Part shown: positions 42,597 to 52,505 of the stretch, one piece after another | How the letters are laid out: each line of letters begins with the position of its first letter | Position numbering within the stretch: the stretch's first letter is position 1 | DNA from: an uncultured delta proteobacterium | Lineage (GTDB): Bacteria; Myxococcota; Myxococcia; Myxococcales; Anaeromyxobacteraceae | DNA length: 64,000 nt | NCBI GenBank assembly: GCA_963828255.1 | Contig: CAWHDZ010000007.1 | Coordinates: forward strand, 64,001 to 128,000 | Direction: 5' to 3' | The notes under the pieces: model-generated | Told to the model about the DNA's origin: nothing | Seen by the model: the letters and a program-made list of their open reading frames with translations, nothing else | Databases searched by the model: none | Position numbers and translations under genes: made by a program

Positions 42597-43223
42597 GTGG
42601 CCGTCCCCACCCTCGACGAGGTCCGCCGGGCCCTCTCCCGCCGCCCCCCGGAACTGCTCCCGGTGCGGCTTCCCCGCCAGGCGGCCGTGGCCATCGTCCT
42701 GCGCCAGCCACCCTCCGGCCTGGAGGTGCTCTTCATCCGGCGCGCCGAGCGGGAGGGGGACCTCTGGTCCGGCCACGTGGCCTTTCCCGGCGGCGGGGTC
42801 GAGCCGGGGGAGGGGATCGAGGAGGCGGCGGTCCGGGAGACCGGGGAGGAGGTCGGGATCGACCTGCGCTCCCTCGCGGTCCGGCTCGGAGCCCTAGACG
42901 AGATCCAGGCCATCGGGCGGGGCAGGGCGGTCGGGCTCTCCATCCAGCCATGGGTCTGGGCGCTCCACCGGGAGCCCGGGCCGTTCCGCCTGTCGGACGA
43001 GGTGGCGAGCGCCCACTGGGTGAGGCTCGCCGACCTGCTCGACCCGGCGCGGCGGGCCCCCTTCCCCTACGTCCACGAGGGGGTGCAGCTCGTCCTCCCC
43101 AGCCTCGACGTGGACGGGCTCGTCATCTGGGGGCTGACCTACCGAATGCTTTCGACCTTCGCCGGGATGCTCGGCGATCCGGGTTTCACTCCGGGAGAAG
43201 CTCGAGGATCCAGGTCTTCATGA
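42597..43223 (+). CDS. Nudix CoA pyrophosphatase
   Basis: AAVAIVL, WSGHVAFPGG, AAVRETGEEVG, IWGLT. Confidence 0.92.
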   Translation: MAVPTLDEVRRALSRRPPELLPVRLPRQAAVAIVLRQPPSGLEVLFIRRAEREGDLWSGHVAFPGGGVEPGEGIEEAAVRETGEEVGIDLRSLAVRLGALDEIQAIGRGRAVGLSIQPWVWALHREPGPFRLSDEVASAHWVRLADLLDPARRAPFPYVHEGVQLVLPSLDVDGLVIWGLTYRMLSTFAGMLGDPGFTPGEARGSRSS

Positions 43224-43833
43224 GCAGCCGGTCCTCGATGGCGGTGGAGGTGGGCACGTCATGGGAGCCCCGGTCCTTCACCCCCTGCTGCGGCGAGTAG
43301 AGCCGCCCCGGGTCCCCGGCCAGGACCCGGATGCCGCGGCCAGCCAGGGTCCGGCCCCAGACCAGGAAGCGCTCGGCCATGTCCCGCTGGTAGAAGACGT
43401 CGCCGGCCAGCACCACGTCCACGGCCGGCAACTCCGTCCCCAGGGGCGATCGGGCCTGGAACTCCACCCTCACGCCGTTGTGCGCGGTGTTGAGCCGGAC
43501 GGCCGCCTCGCAGAACGGGTCCACGTCGAAGGCCACCACGCGGGATGCCCCGGCCTTCGAGGCCGCGATGGCCACCAGGCCGCTCCCGGTGCCGAAGTCG
43601 GCGACGCGGAGCCCGGCCACCAGCTCCGGGTGGTCGAGGACGTGCCGGGCGAGGGCCTGCCCCCCGGCCCACGGGAAGGCCCAGAACGGCGAGTCGTCCC
43701 ACTTCTCCAGATCCGCGGCCGTGGCCCGCCACAGCTCGGTCATCTCGGCGGCCTGGTAGAGCTCGATCTCCGGCACGAGCGGCACGCGGGTGAGGGCGGT
43801 GCGGCTCCGGATGAAGTCCATGTAACGGAGCAT
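43186..43833 (-). CDS. Class I SAM-dependent (lysine-type) methyltransferase
   Basis: PFWAFPWAGGQALAR, DFGTGSGLVAIAA, AGDVFY, GDPGR. Confidence 0.9.
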   Translation of the reverse strand: MLRYMDFIRSRTALTRVPLVPEIELYQAAEMTELWRATAADLEKWDDSPFWAFPWAGGQALARHVLDHPELVAGLRVADFGTGSGLVAIAASKAGASRVVAFDVDPFCEAAVRLNTAHNGVRVEFQARSPLGTELPAVDVVLAGDVFYQRDMAERFLVWGRTLAGRGIRVLAGDPGRLYSPQQGVKDRGSHDVPTSTAIEDRLLMKTWILELLPE

Positions 43834-43955
43834 GGACTCCCCCTCTCCGGCAGGCGGGAGCCCGGCTGCGTCGGCCTTCGCGGAGAGGTGCATGCGCCCA
43901 CCTTCGACCCTTCGGGCGGCACACTCAAGCCCCCCCTCTCGATTAGACTTCCGGC

Positions 43956-44417
43956 ATGAGGCGCCTCGTCTCCCCGTCCCGCCTGCTCGCGCTGGCGCTC
44001 TGCGTGGCCCCCCTGCGCGCGCAGGCCGACGACCTGTACCCGACCATCGCCGACGACCAGGACCACCTGTGCGAGACCATCGCCAGGTCGGCGCCCGCGC
44101 TGGTGCCACCCCGGGACCGGGACTGGTTCAAGGCGACCTGCACCTGCGACGAGGCCAGGATCTGCGGGCGCGCCGGGTCGAGGAGGTACGCGGCGCGGCT
44201 CGCGGCCGGGCCGCGCGAGGCCCAGGCGCAGAAGGAGGCCGCCGCGAAGGAGAGGGCGTGGCGGCAGTCGGCGCTGCAGTCCACCGAGGGGCTCCGGCAG
44301 GTGTACCGGGCCTGCCGCGACACGAAGAGGAACTGCGAGACCCAGATGTCCGCGCTCGAGGAGGGCTGCAGGCTGGTGGGACTCCTGACCTGGGACGAGT
44401 GCCTGGCGCGGGAGTAG
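43956..44417 (+). CDS. Hypothetical secreted Cys-rich protein
   Basis: Signal peptide ending AQA; 8 Cys in the mature part. Confidence 0.7.
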   Translation: MRRLVSPSRLLALALCVAPLRAQADDLYPTIADDQDHLCETIARSAPALVPPRDRDWFKATCTCDEARICGRAGSRRYAARLAAGPREAQAQKEAAAKERAWRQSALQSTEGLRQVYRACRDTKRNCETQMSALEEGCRLVGLLTWDECLARE

Positions 44418-44425
44418 GGGCGCTA

Positions 44426-45514
44426 TCAGAGCCCCGGGTCGTCGCTCACGACCGGCGGGCTCGCCAGCCAGACCCGGAGCAGCGTCCAGGTCAGGCCGAG
44501 CAGCGTCGGTCCCACGAACACGCCGATGAATCCCCAGACGATGAGGCCGCCCATGGCGCCGAGGAAGATGACCGACATGGGAAGCCCCGTCCCGCGGCTG
44601 ATGACGTAGGGGCGGGCCACCGAGTCGATGACGTTGTTGGCGATGAAGCCCCAGACCAGCGTGAAGACCGCCGCGCCCGGACGGCCGGCGAAGAAGAGCC
44701 AGGCCCCGGCGCCGACGTAGACCAGGTGGATGCCGAGTTGCATGACGTCCATCACGAAGCTCGCCACCATGAGCATCGCGATGAGGGGGACGCCGGCGAG
44801 CCACAGGCCGATCCCCTCCACCAGGGCCAGCGCCGCGGCCGTGCCGATGATCCCCACCGACACGTAGCGGATGGTGAGGCCGGCCAGGTCGAGGAGGTGG
44901 ACGCCGTGTTGCCCGCCGACCCGGAGCGCCATCCGGTGCGCCAGCGCTCCCCCGCGCTCGCCGCCGGCGAGCATCGGCCAGGCCAGGACGGCGGCGAGCA
45001 CCACCTGCACGATGGTCCAGCCAGTGCCGACCGCCCTCATCACGCCCCACTGGGCCATCCGGGAGGTCTGCGACCCCGGTCCGCCGATCTGCGCCAGGAT
45101 GGCGTTCACGATCTCCTGCCAGGTGCCCTGGAGAAGGTGGCCCACGACCGGGATCTGGCGCATCCATTCGGGGGGCGCGGGAAGGGTCCAGGTCTCGGGC
45201 CGCGACACCACGTCCACGACGGATCGCAGGCCGGGCAGGAGCGCCACGGTGGCCAGCACGACCGGCGCGACGACGAGGACGAGCAGCACCGCCACCGAGA
45301 GGGTGGCCGCGACCGAGGGGTGTCCGCCCGTGCGAAGCAGGAACCAGCGGTGAAGCGGCCAGATGGTGACCGACATGAAGAGGGACCAGAGGAGGATGGT
45401 CCCGAAGGGGGCGAGGATGGTGAAGGCGGTGGCCAGCAGCGCCGCCACGACCGTCAGGGCCAGCCCGCGCTCGAAGAGTCCACGCCCTGCTTGGGGCGGC
45501 GCCAGATCGCTCAC
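44426..45514 (-). CDS. AI-2E family transporter (YdiK-like)
   Basis: APFGTILLW..WPL, DSVARPYVISRG, GFIGVFVGP; GTG start inferred. Confidence 0.9.
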   Translation of the reverse strand: MSDLAPPQAGRGLFERGLALTVVAALLATAFTILAPFGTILLWSLFMSVTIWPLHRWFLLRTGGHPSVAATLSVAVLLVLVVAPVVLATVALLPGLRSVVDVVSRPETWTLPAPPEWMRQIPVVGHLLQGTWQEIVNAILAQIGGPGSQTSRMAQWGVMRAVGTGWTIVQVVLAAVLAWPMLAGGERGGALAHRMALRVGGQHGVHLLDLAGLTIRYVSVGIIGTAAALALVEGIGLWLAGVPLIAMLMVASFVMDVMQLGIHLVYVGAGAWLFFAGRPGAAVFTLVWGFIANNVIDSVARPYVISRGTGLPMSVIFLGAMGGLIVWGFIGVFVGPTLLGLTWTLLRVWLASPPVVSDDPGL

Positions 45515-45568
45515 CGCTACCCCATACCCTTCCGCGCACCACCGGAGCAACGGGGGTATGGTTTCCCC

Positions 45569-46819
45569 ATGGCCAGCCCACGCGACAAGACCGCCTACCT
45601 GGTGCGCCCTCCCACGGCCGTCCTCACCCGCGGCTTCGACCCGCGCCTCTCGGTGGGGTCGGCGCGACCGGCGGTCTTCCGGTCCTCCACCTACGTCTTC
45701 TCGAGCCCGGAGGCCGCCGAGCGGGCCTTCTCCATCGCGCTCGGGAAGTCGAGGCCGGCCGACGGGGAGAGCGTGGACCTCATCTACTCCCGCCTCTCCC
45801 ACCCCAATGCGGAGATCGCCGAGGATCACGTCGTGCCGCTGGAGAAGGGGGCCGAGGCCGCGGCCGTCTTCAACTCGGGCATGGCCGCCATCTCGACCGT
45901 CTTCTTCACCTTCTGCCAGCCGGGGACGAGCTTCGTCTACACGGTTCCGCTCTACGGCGGCACCCAGCACCTCATCCACCAGCTGCTCGAGCCCATGGGC
46001 ATGAAGGGGATCCCGGTGGCCGCCGGGGACGGGCCGGCCATCGCGAAGGCCATCGCGTCGGCGGGCAACCTCCGGCTCGTGCTCATCGAGTCGCCGGCCA
46101 ACCCGACGCTGGTCATGACCGACATCGCGGCCGCCTCCGCCGCGGCCCGGGAGCACCCCGACCGGCCGGTGGTGGCGGTGGACAACACCTTCATGGGCCC
46201 GACCTTCCAGCACCCGCTGGTGCTCGGCGCCGACCTCTCGGTCTACTCGGCCACCAAGTACCTGGGCGGCTTCAGCGACATGCTGGGCGGCGTGGTCATC
46301 GGCCGGGACCCGGAGCTGCTGGCCCGGCTGCGGGGCACGCGCGCCATCCTGGGGAACATCCTCCAGCCCGACGAGGCCTGGATGCTCGACGGGCGGCTCC
46401 CCACCGTGGGGCTGCGCATGAACCGGCAGTCGAAGAACGCGCAGCGCATCGCCGAGGCGCTGGTGGGTCACCCCAAGCTCCGCCGGGTGATCTACCCGTC
46501 CCTCTTCACCGACCCGGAGCAGGTCCGCATCCGCGACGCGCAGTGCAGCTACCCGGGCGGAATCTTCTCCATCCAGCTCGACGGGGGAAAGCGCGCCGCC
46601 TTCGAGTTCCTGCGCCGCCTGCGGATCGCCAAGAACGCGGTGAGCCTGGGCGGCGTGGAGACGCTGGTCTGCCACCCGGCCACCACCACCCACTCCGAGA
46701 TGTCGGAGGAGGAGCTGGCGCGCTACGGGGTGGGGGACGACCTGGTGCGCATCTCGGTGGGCATCGAGCACTGGCGCGACCTGCTGTCGGAGTTCCAGGC
46801 CGCCCTCGACGGAGCGTGA
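45569..46819 (+). CDS. Cys/Met metabolism PLP enzyme (cystathionine gamma-synthase / methionine gamma-lyase family)
   Basis: YSRLSHPN, FNSGMAAI, ESPANPT, VDNTF, SATKYLGG, AVSLGGVETL. Confidence 0.95.
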   Translation: MASPRDKTAYLVRPPTAVLTRGFDPRLSVGSARPAVFRSSTYVFSSPEAAERAFSIALGKSRPADGESVDLIYSRLSHPNAEIAEDHVVPLEKGAEAAAVFNSGMAAISTVFFTFCQPGTSFVYTVPLYGGTQHLIHQLLEPMGMKGIPVAAGDGPAIAKAIASAGNLRLVLIESPANPTLVMTDIAAASAAAREHPDRPVVAVDNTFMGPTFQHPLVLGADLSVYSATKYLGGFSDMLGGVVIGRDPELLARLRGTRAILGNILQPDEAWMLDGRLPTVGLRMNRQSKNAQRIAEALVGHPKLRRVIYPSLFTDPEQVRIRDAQCSYPGGIFSIQLDGGKRAAFEFLRRLRIAKNAVSLGGVETLVCHPATTTHSEMSEEELARYGVGDDLVRISVGIEHWRDLLSEFQAALDGA

Positions 46820-46841
46820 AGGGCGGCCGGGGCGGCCTTGG

Positions 46842-47840
46842 TCAGCCGGCCACCGCGCGGGCCAGCTCGACGATGGAGAGGGGCGAGGACCCCTCGGCCT
46901 TGTTGTTGACGATGACGAGCCCCTCCTTCCCGGCCCGGACCGCCCGGCGCAGGAGATCGGCGACCGAGGTGCGGCTCTCCGGGTCGGGCGCGGCGAGCCG
47001 GTCGAAGGGGGCGTAGAGCTCCCTGGCCTCCTCGTAGCCGCGGCCGTGGCCGAGCATCCAGCGCACCACCAGCAGGGGCTGGGCCTCCACCGGCGTGGTG
47101 GCGGCCTGGACCTCGAGCGAGGGCATGGACGGGTGCACGGTGAATCCGTGGGCGGCGCCGGAGGCCGAGAGGGCCGCCGCGTAGCCGGGGTGCAGGAGTT
47201 CGCCGTCGCGGATCTCGACCGCGTAGCGGGGACCGCGCGGGAGCGCCGCCAGGAAGGCCGCCAGGCGCGCGGCGAAGCGGGGAGGGTCGCGGGTCTCCGC
47301 GCGGGGCAGGGGCGGGAACTGGAAGAGCAGTGTCCCCAGCCGGTCTCCCAGCCCCTCCACGGCGGGCGCCACCACCGCGTCGCGGGCGAAGGCGGCGTCG
47401 AGGAAGCGGGGGTTCACCCGGGGTGCGCCACGGCCCGGCCCCTCGCGCAGGGAGGGGAAGGTGCAGAGCTGCGAGGCCTTCACCAGGAAGCGGAAGCCGT
47501 CCGGGACCTGCGCGGCGTGGAGCGCGAAGCCTTCCGCGGGGAGGGGCGCGTAGAAGGTCCGGTCGATCCCGGCGGCGCGCAGGAGCGGGTGGCGCGCGTA
47601 GGCGGGGAGCCCGTCGCGCGAGAGGACCTCGGCGGGGTGGCGCCCGGCCCAGACCAGGCCGACCCATCCGGGGAAGGACCATGAGGAAGTCCCCATCCGG
47701 ATCGCGGCCGGAAGTCGTCCGGCCACGTCCATCACCTCGGGTGAAATGGGCGCCGTTTCCACGCGCGGTGCGGCAGGCGCGCCGAAGAGGTCCAGCTGCG
47801 ACTTCCCGTTGTCCGGTCCACGAGCACGGCGGCCGCGCAT
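46842..47840 (-). CDS. DUF72 family protein
   Basis: GTSSWSFPGW, IDRTFYAP, FRFLVKA, LFQFPP, YAVEIR, VNNKAEG. Confidence 0.92.
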   Translation of the reverse strand: MRGRRARGPDNGKSQLDLFGAPAAPRVETAPISPEVMDVAGRLPAAIRMGTSSWSFPGWVGLVWAGRHPAEVLSRDGLPAYARHPLLRAAGIDRTFYAPLPAEGFALHAAQVPDGFRFLVKASQLCTFPSLREGPGRGAPRVNPRFLDAAFARDAVVAPAVEGLGDRLGTLLFQFPPLPRAETRDPPRFAARLAAFLAALPRGPRYAVEIRDGELLHPGYAAALSASGAAHGFTVHPSMPSLEVQAATTPVEAQPLLVVRWMLGHGRGYEEARELYAPFDRLAAPDPESRTSVADLLRRAVRAGKEGLVIVNNKAEGSSPLSIVELARAVAG

Positions 47841-48004
47841 GAACGGATTCTTAACAGAAGCGTGCCAGCACCGCCCCGTTCGGGCTGCAAATTCTGAAAT
47901 CACGTCCCGTGAAAGAGCGTCCACGTGGCCCGATCAGGGGACTATCCGTGGCTACGCACCGGAGGTAAACACAGGGCCACGACGGAACCGGAAAGGGGGG
48001 CACC

Positions 48005-48649
48005 GTGGGGGTCGAGGCGCTGGTGAGACGGAGCGTGCAGGCGTCGGCGGTGGCCCTGGGGGCCGCCATCGCGCTGATGCCGTCGTCCGTCGCCCACCAG
48101 CACGCGACGCGCTCGGCCCCGCCGCCCGCCATCCCCCGCCAGATCGACCCGCTGGCCATCCAGGTCCTGGAGCGCATGCCTTCACTGGAAGTGGAGGAGG
48201 CGTCCGACCTCGCGGCCGTGGTCCGCCGGGAGTCCGAGTCGGCCGGCCTCGACCCGGTCCTGGTGATGGCCGTCATCGGCGTCGAGTCCCGCTGGGAGCC
48301 CGGCGCGGTGTCGGAGCGGGGCGCCCGCGGGCTCATGCAGCTCCGGAGGCTGGCGCTGGAGACCGAGGAACGGCAGGCCGGCCTCCCGCCCGGGGACGTC
48401 CACGACCCGGTCCACAACGTCCGCATGGGGGTCCGCTACCTGGCCCGGATGGTCGAGTTCTTCGACGACGTGGACGTGGGGCTGGTGGCCTACAACGCGG
48501 GCCCGACCCGGGTCGCCTCCCACCTGAACGCGACCGACGAGATCCCCGCCTCCATGTGGGGCTACGCGCGAAAGGTCCGGCGCGAGGAGCGCAGGATCCG
48601 CCGCGAGATGCTGCGCGCCGAGTCGGTCGTCGCCAACGTCGTGCAGTAG
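48005..48649 (+). CDS. Lytic transglycosylase (SLT domain)
   Basis: AVIGVES, GARGLMQL, NVRMGVRYL, AYNAGP. Confidence 0.92.
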   Translation: MGVEALVRRSVQASAVALGAAIALMPSSVAHQHATRSAPPPAIPRQIDPLAIQVLERMPSLEVEEASDLAAVVRRESESAGLDPVLVMAVIGVESRWEPGAVSERGARGLMQLRRLALETEERQAGLPPGDVHDPVHNVRMGVRYLARMVEFFDDVDVGLVAYNAGPTRVASHLNATDEIPASMWGYARKVRREERRIRREMLRAESVVANVVQ

Positions 48650-48659
48650 ACTGCCCCGC

Positions 48660-49307
48660 ATGCCCAGACGACCCCCCGCCCGGCCATCCCCGGCCGGCTG
48701 GACGCGCGCCGAGCTCTCCGCGCTCCGCCCCCTCCGGACCCCGGGCCGCATCCAGGACTTCCTGGATGCGCTCGCCTACCGCGCCGAGGACGACCCCGGC
48801 TCCCCGCGCCGCGTCCTCCTGGAGCGGAGGGCCAACTGCTACGACGGCGCGCTCTTCGCGGCGGCCGCGCTGCGGCGCCTGGGCCACCGGCCGCTGCTCG
48901 TCGATCTGCAGGCGGTCCGGGACGACGACCACGTCCTGGCCGTCTTCCGGGAGCGGGGAGGCTGGGGCGCCGTGGCCAAGTCCAACTTCGCCGGGCTGCG
49001 CTTCCGCGAGCCCATCTTCCGCGACGTCCGCGAGCTGGCCGCGAGCTACTTCGAGGACTACTTCAACCTGCGCGGCGAGAAGACCCTGCGGAACTTCTCG
49101 GTTCCCTTCGACCTCTCCCGTCTCGACGGGCTCGAGTGGACGTTCCGTGACGAGCACCTCCGGGAGATTGCCGGCCGCCTCGACGGCTCCCGCCACCACC
49201 GGCTGCTCACGCCGGCGATGGAGCGGGCGCTGCGCCGGGTGGATGCGCGATCGCTCCAGTCCGGCATGGTGGGAACCGACCTGGCCGGCGTCCACCCCGG
49301 TCCCTGA
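48660..49307 (+). CDS. Conserved hypothetical protein with transglutaminase-like Cys/His motifs
   Basis: ANCYDGALFAAAAL, DDDHVLAVF, WGAVAKSNFAGLRFR. Confidence 0.75.
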   Translation: MPRRPPARPSPAGWTRAELSALRPLRTPGRIQDFLDALAYRAEDDPGSPRRVLLERRANCYDGALFAAAALRRLGHRPLLVDLQAVRDDDHVLAVFRERGGWGAVAKSNFAGLRFREPIFRDVRELAASYFEDYFNLRGEKTLRNFSVPFDLSRLDGLEWTFRDEHLREIAGRLDGSRHHRLLTPAMERALRRVDARSLQSGMVGTDLAGVHPGP

Positions 49308-49319
49308 GCGGGGAGGCGC

Positions 49320-50195
49320 GTGCGCTTCACCACACCCCGGCTCTTCGCGGCCGCGACGGCCATCTGGGGCACCACCTGGATCGCCATCACCTTCCAGCTC
49401 GGGCGCGCCCCTCCCGAGGCCAGCGTGGCGCTCCGCTTCGCCATCGCCTCGGCGCTCCTCCTGGGCTTTTGCCGGCTGCGCGGCCACCCTCTGCGCTTCC
49501 CGGCCCGGGTTCACGCGCAGTTCGCCCTGCTGGGCCTCTTCATGTTCTGCCTCTCCTACCTGGCCGTGTACCGGGCCGAGACCTTCCTGGTCTCGGGGCT
49601 GGTGGCGCTGGGCTACTCGGCGAGCCCGCTCGTGAACGCGGCCATCTCGAGGGTGGTCTTCGGGACGCCGGCCACGCGCGGGGTGCTGGCCGGGGGGCTG
49701 CTCGGGGTGGCGGGGATCCTGCTCGTCTTCTGGCCGGAACTGCGGCGGGTCCGGGCCGACACGGGTGTGGCCGTCGGCGGGGTCCTGGTGGCCGGCGGCG
49801 TGCTCGCCTCGTCGGTGGGGAACGTCTTCGCCACCCGGCTCGATCGACTCGGGGTGAATGTCTGGCAGAAGATGGCCTGGGGAATGGCCTGGGGATCGGC
49901 GGGGAGCGCGCTGGCGGCGCTCTCCACCGGCGAGGGGATCCACTTCTCGCTGACGCCCTCCTACCTGGTCTCGCTCCTCTACCTGTCGGTCTTCGGCTCG
50001 ATCCTGGCCTTCGCCGCCTACCTCACGCTCCTCGAGCGGGTGGGCGCGGCCCGGGCCGGCTACGTGGGCGTCATGACCCCGGTGGTGGCGCTCGCCATCT
50101 CCGGGGTGGTGGAGGGCTTCTCCTGGGGACCGACCACGGTGGCCGGCATCGCCCTGGTGGTGGCCGGGAACCTGGTGGTCCTTCGGGTGCGGTAG
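49320..50195 (+). CDS. EamA/DMT family transporter
   Basis: IWGTTW, LRF, LLYLSVFGSILAF; about 10 TM segments. Confidence 0.92.
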   Translation: MRFTTPRLFAAATAIWGTTWIAITFQLGRAPPEASVALRFAIASALLLGFCRLRGHPLRFPARVHAQFALLGLFMFCLSYLAVYRAETFLVSGLVALGYSASPLVNAAISRVVFGTPATRGVLAGGLLGVAGILLVFWPELRRVRADTGVAVGGVLVAGGVLASSVGNVFATRLDRLGVNVWQKMAWGMAWGSAGSALAALSTGEGIHFSLTPSYLVSLLYLSVFGSILAFAAYLTLLERVGAARAGYVGVMTPVVALAISGVVEGFSWGPTTVAGIALVVAGNLVVLRVR

Positions 50196-50268
50196 GAAGT
50201 TCGGCTTGAACGGCCCCGTCCTCCGCGACAGAAATGGGTGTTTCCCCATTTCCCTCCAGGAGAACACC

Positions 50269-50751
50269 ATGGATTCCGCGTCTTTCGCCGAAGTGCTCCG
50301 GAAGTTCCCGCTCGCGGTCAGCGTGGTCACTGTTGGCCGGGGAGGCGCGGAGAACGCCCTCACGGTCTCCTGGGCCACGCCGGCCTCCTTCGAGCCCCCC
50401 ATGTTCCTCGTCGCCGTGAACCGGCTCCACTACAGCCTGGACTTCGTGAAGAGCACCCGGAACTTCACGGTCAACGTGCTCGCCGAGGGACAGGAGAAGC
50501 TGGCCGGGCAGTTCGCGCGCCAGTCCATGCAGGGGGAGGACAAGCTGGCCGGTGTGCCCCACCGCGAGGCGCAGACCGGAGCGGCCATCCTCACCGACGC
50601 CGTCGCCTACTTCGACTGCGAGCTCGCCTTCTCGATGGAGGCCGGCGACCACCACCTCATCGTCGGCCGGGTCGTGGATGCGGGCGTCCTGCGCGACGCG
50701 ACGCCGCTCGTGGGCGGTGCGGCGCTCCGGTACCAGAAGTCGGGTCCCTGA
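50269..50751 (+). CDS. Flavin reductase-like FMN-binding protein
   Basis: VSVVT, SFEPP, FTVNVL, AGDHHLIVGRV; AGGAG upstream. Confidence 0.93.
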   Translation: MDSASFAEVLRKFPLAVSVVTVGRGGAENALTVSWATPASFEPPMFLVAVNRLHYSLDFVKSTRNFTVNVLAEGQEKLAGQFARQSMQGEDKLAGVPHREAQTGAAILTDAVAYFDCELAFSMEAGDHHLIVGRVVDAGVLRDATPLVGGAALRYQKSGP

Positions 50752-50772
50752 CCGCGCTTCCGGGCCGACCGC

Positions 50773-51942
50773 CTACTGCGGGCCGGGAGGGGCCGAGGCG
50801 GCCTGCCTGGCGCCGTCGAAGGCGTCGAGCTCTGCGTCCATGTCGTCCACGATGCCCTGGACCGGCTTGAGCTCGCCGACCTGCTTTTCGGGAAGGCTGA
50901 CCAGGCTCTGGCCGGTGTAGTAGAGCCCGAGCACCTCGTCGCCCAGGGCCACGGCGCGGAGCAGCGCGTCGGAGATGCAGAAGCTCTCCTGGAAGTTGCT
51001 CGCCCGGCACTTGCAGAGGCTCTCGGCCAGGCACTCGATGCAGGCCTTCTTGCGCCCCATGTAGCCGGACGGGCCGAAGTACCAGGCCTTGGAGCGGGGC
51101 GGGAAGGTCTTTCCGGCCGCCAGCGCCTCGGTGAACTCGTTGCGCACGGCGCGCGCCTTCATGCCCTTCACGCAGCTCGTGATGATGGTGACGTCCTCGG
51201 CGTTCTTGCCGAGGTGGACCTGCTTGAAGGTGGGGTGGGCGTCGCCGTCGCTGGAGGCGATGAACCGGGTGGCGAGCTGCACCCCCGAGGCGCCCTGGGC
51301 GAGGTAGCGCCCCACGTCGGAGGCCTGGACCCCGCCGGCCGCGACGACCGGCAGCGAGGTGGCGGCGCAGACCTCCTCCACGAGGGTGGGGAGGGGGTGA
51401 TCGATGTCGCCGATGTGGCCGCCAGCCTCGGCGCCCTCGGCCACCACCCAGTCGGCGCCCCACTTCTCGTACATGGCGGCGAGGCGGCCGGAGGAGACGA
51501 TGCCCGCGAACGGGGTGCCGGCGTCGCGGCACCAGCGGAGGATGTCGCGGGAGATGCCGGCGCCCTGGACGATGAAGGAGACGCCCTCCTCGAGCGCGGT
51601 GCGGGCCGACAGCTCGAAGTCGGCCTTGTTGATGGCGGCCATGAGGTTCACGCCCACGAAGCCGCCCGGGGCGATGGCCTTGGCGCGCTGGATCTCGGCG
51701 CGCAGGTGCTCGGGGGTCTTGACCACCGCGGAGATGGTGCCCACGCCGACGAAGCGGCGGGAGTGGACCGCGGCGACCTTGCCGGCCAGGCCGTCGGAGG
51801 CGTGCACGCCCATCCCGCCCTGCACCAGGAGCCGCTTCCCGGACGCGACGATCGCGGCGATGGTGGTCCTGTCGAGCTTGGGAGCCTCGACACGGGACGT
51901 GGAGGGACTGGAGGCTTCGAGGTTCTCTGCGGACAGCGACAT
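50773..51942 (-). CDS. Nitronate monooxygenase-family flavin oxidoreductase
   Basis: VQGGMGV, AEGAEAGGHIG, VAAGG, GVQLATRF; Cys-rich C-terminus. Confidence 0.9.
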   Translation of the reverse strand: MSLSAENLEASSPSTSRVEAPKLDRTTIAAIVASGKRLLVQGGMGVHASDGLAGKVAAVHSRRFVGVGTISAVVKTPEHLRAEIQRAKAIAPGGFVGVNLMAAINKADFELSARTALEEGVSFIVQGAGISRDILRWCRDAGTPFAGIVSSGRLAAMYEKWGADWVVAEGAEAGGHIGDIDHPLPTLVEEVCAATSLPVVAAGGVQASDVGRYLAQGASGVQLATRFIASSDGDAHPTFKQVHLGKNAEDVTIITSCVKGMKARAVRNEFTEALAAGKTFPPRSKAWYFGPSGYMGRKKACIECLAESLCKCRASNFQESFCISDALLRAVALGDEVLGLYYTGQSLVSLPEKQVGELKPVQGIVDDMDAELDAFDGARQAASAPPGPQ

Positions 51943-52020
51943 GGGTGCTCCGGCGCGGGTGCGTTCGGGAAGGGTGCACCCTACACCGGGCGTGTCATGC
52001 GAATGTCACAGGGAGATGAT

Positions 52021-52062
52021 GACGCAGGGCGGCAGGGTGGCGCGGTGCGGCGTAAATGGAAG
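52021..52062 (+). repeat. Left copy of an imperfect direct repeat
   Basis: GACGCAGGGCGGCAG-G-GTGGCG-CGGTGC-GGCGTAA-A-TGGAAG; matches 53690-53726. Confidence 0.85.
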
Positions 52063-52090
52063 ATGATGGAATCCAGATGCCCCGATGACG

Positions 52091-52192
52091 CTACGTTTCG
52101 TACGGCCCCAGGAACCTCTCCCCGTTGAAGTGGATGAGGTGCGTTGGGGACTCAGCCACCCAGACCTCGGTTTCCCAGGAGATATCGTTGAT
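52091..52192 (-). pseudogene. C-terminal relic of a BsuBI/PstI-family type II restriction endonuclease
   Basis: [33 protein letters not shown] matches, as recalled, the conserved C-terminus of this family; the upstream frame looks unrelated. Confidence 0.78.
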
Positions 52193-52314
52193 GATCCAGA
52201 TGAGGGAGTTCTGACGGCCTGACGAGAGCGTGACTGTACTGGCAGGGGGGCGCGAAACCACGCCACTCCCACCGTCCGTTCCGCGGACCCTGCGGCCAGT
52301 TGGGGCGTATGGGG

Positions 52315-52505
52315 AATGGCCTATTGACAGGGATTCCGTGAGATTTTCCTTCCGTGATGCGATGGTCACGGGGATGCCATTGTCGCTTCCCAGGAGCCCC
52401 GTCCACGGGACCGTTCGGGGTCTGGCGAGGTTCGAGATCTCCTCTCACGAGAATCCTGGGGAGCGCATTCTCGTGCGTTCCAGGAGACCCGAAAATCGCG
52501 TGAGA
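52315..52505 (+). ncRNA. Candidate structured RNA upstream of the HNH gene
   Basis: At least three consecutive stem-loops (see findings); TTGACA at 52324. Confidence 0.35.

Noticed and set aside
52044..52072. Resemblance of the left repeat to a Xer dif site or an integron attC
   Set aside because: There is no convincing XerD arm (TTATG..) and no RYYYAAC/GTTRRRY palindromic frame, and no integrase is present.
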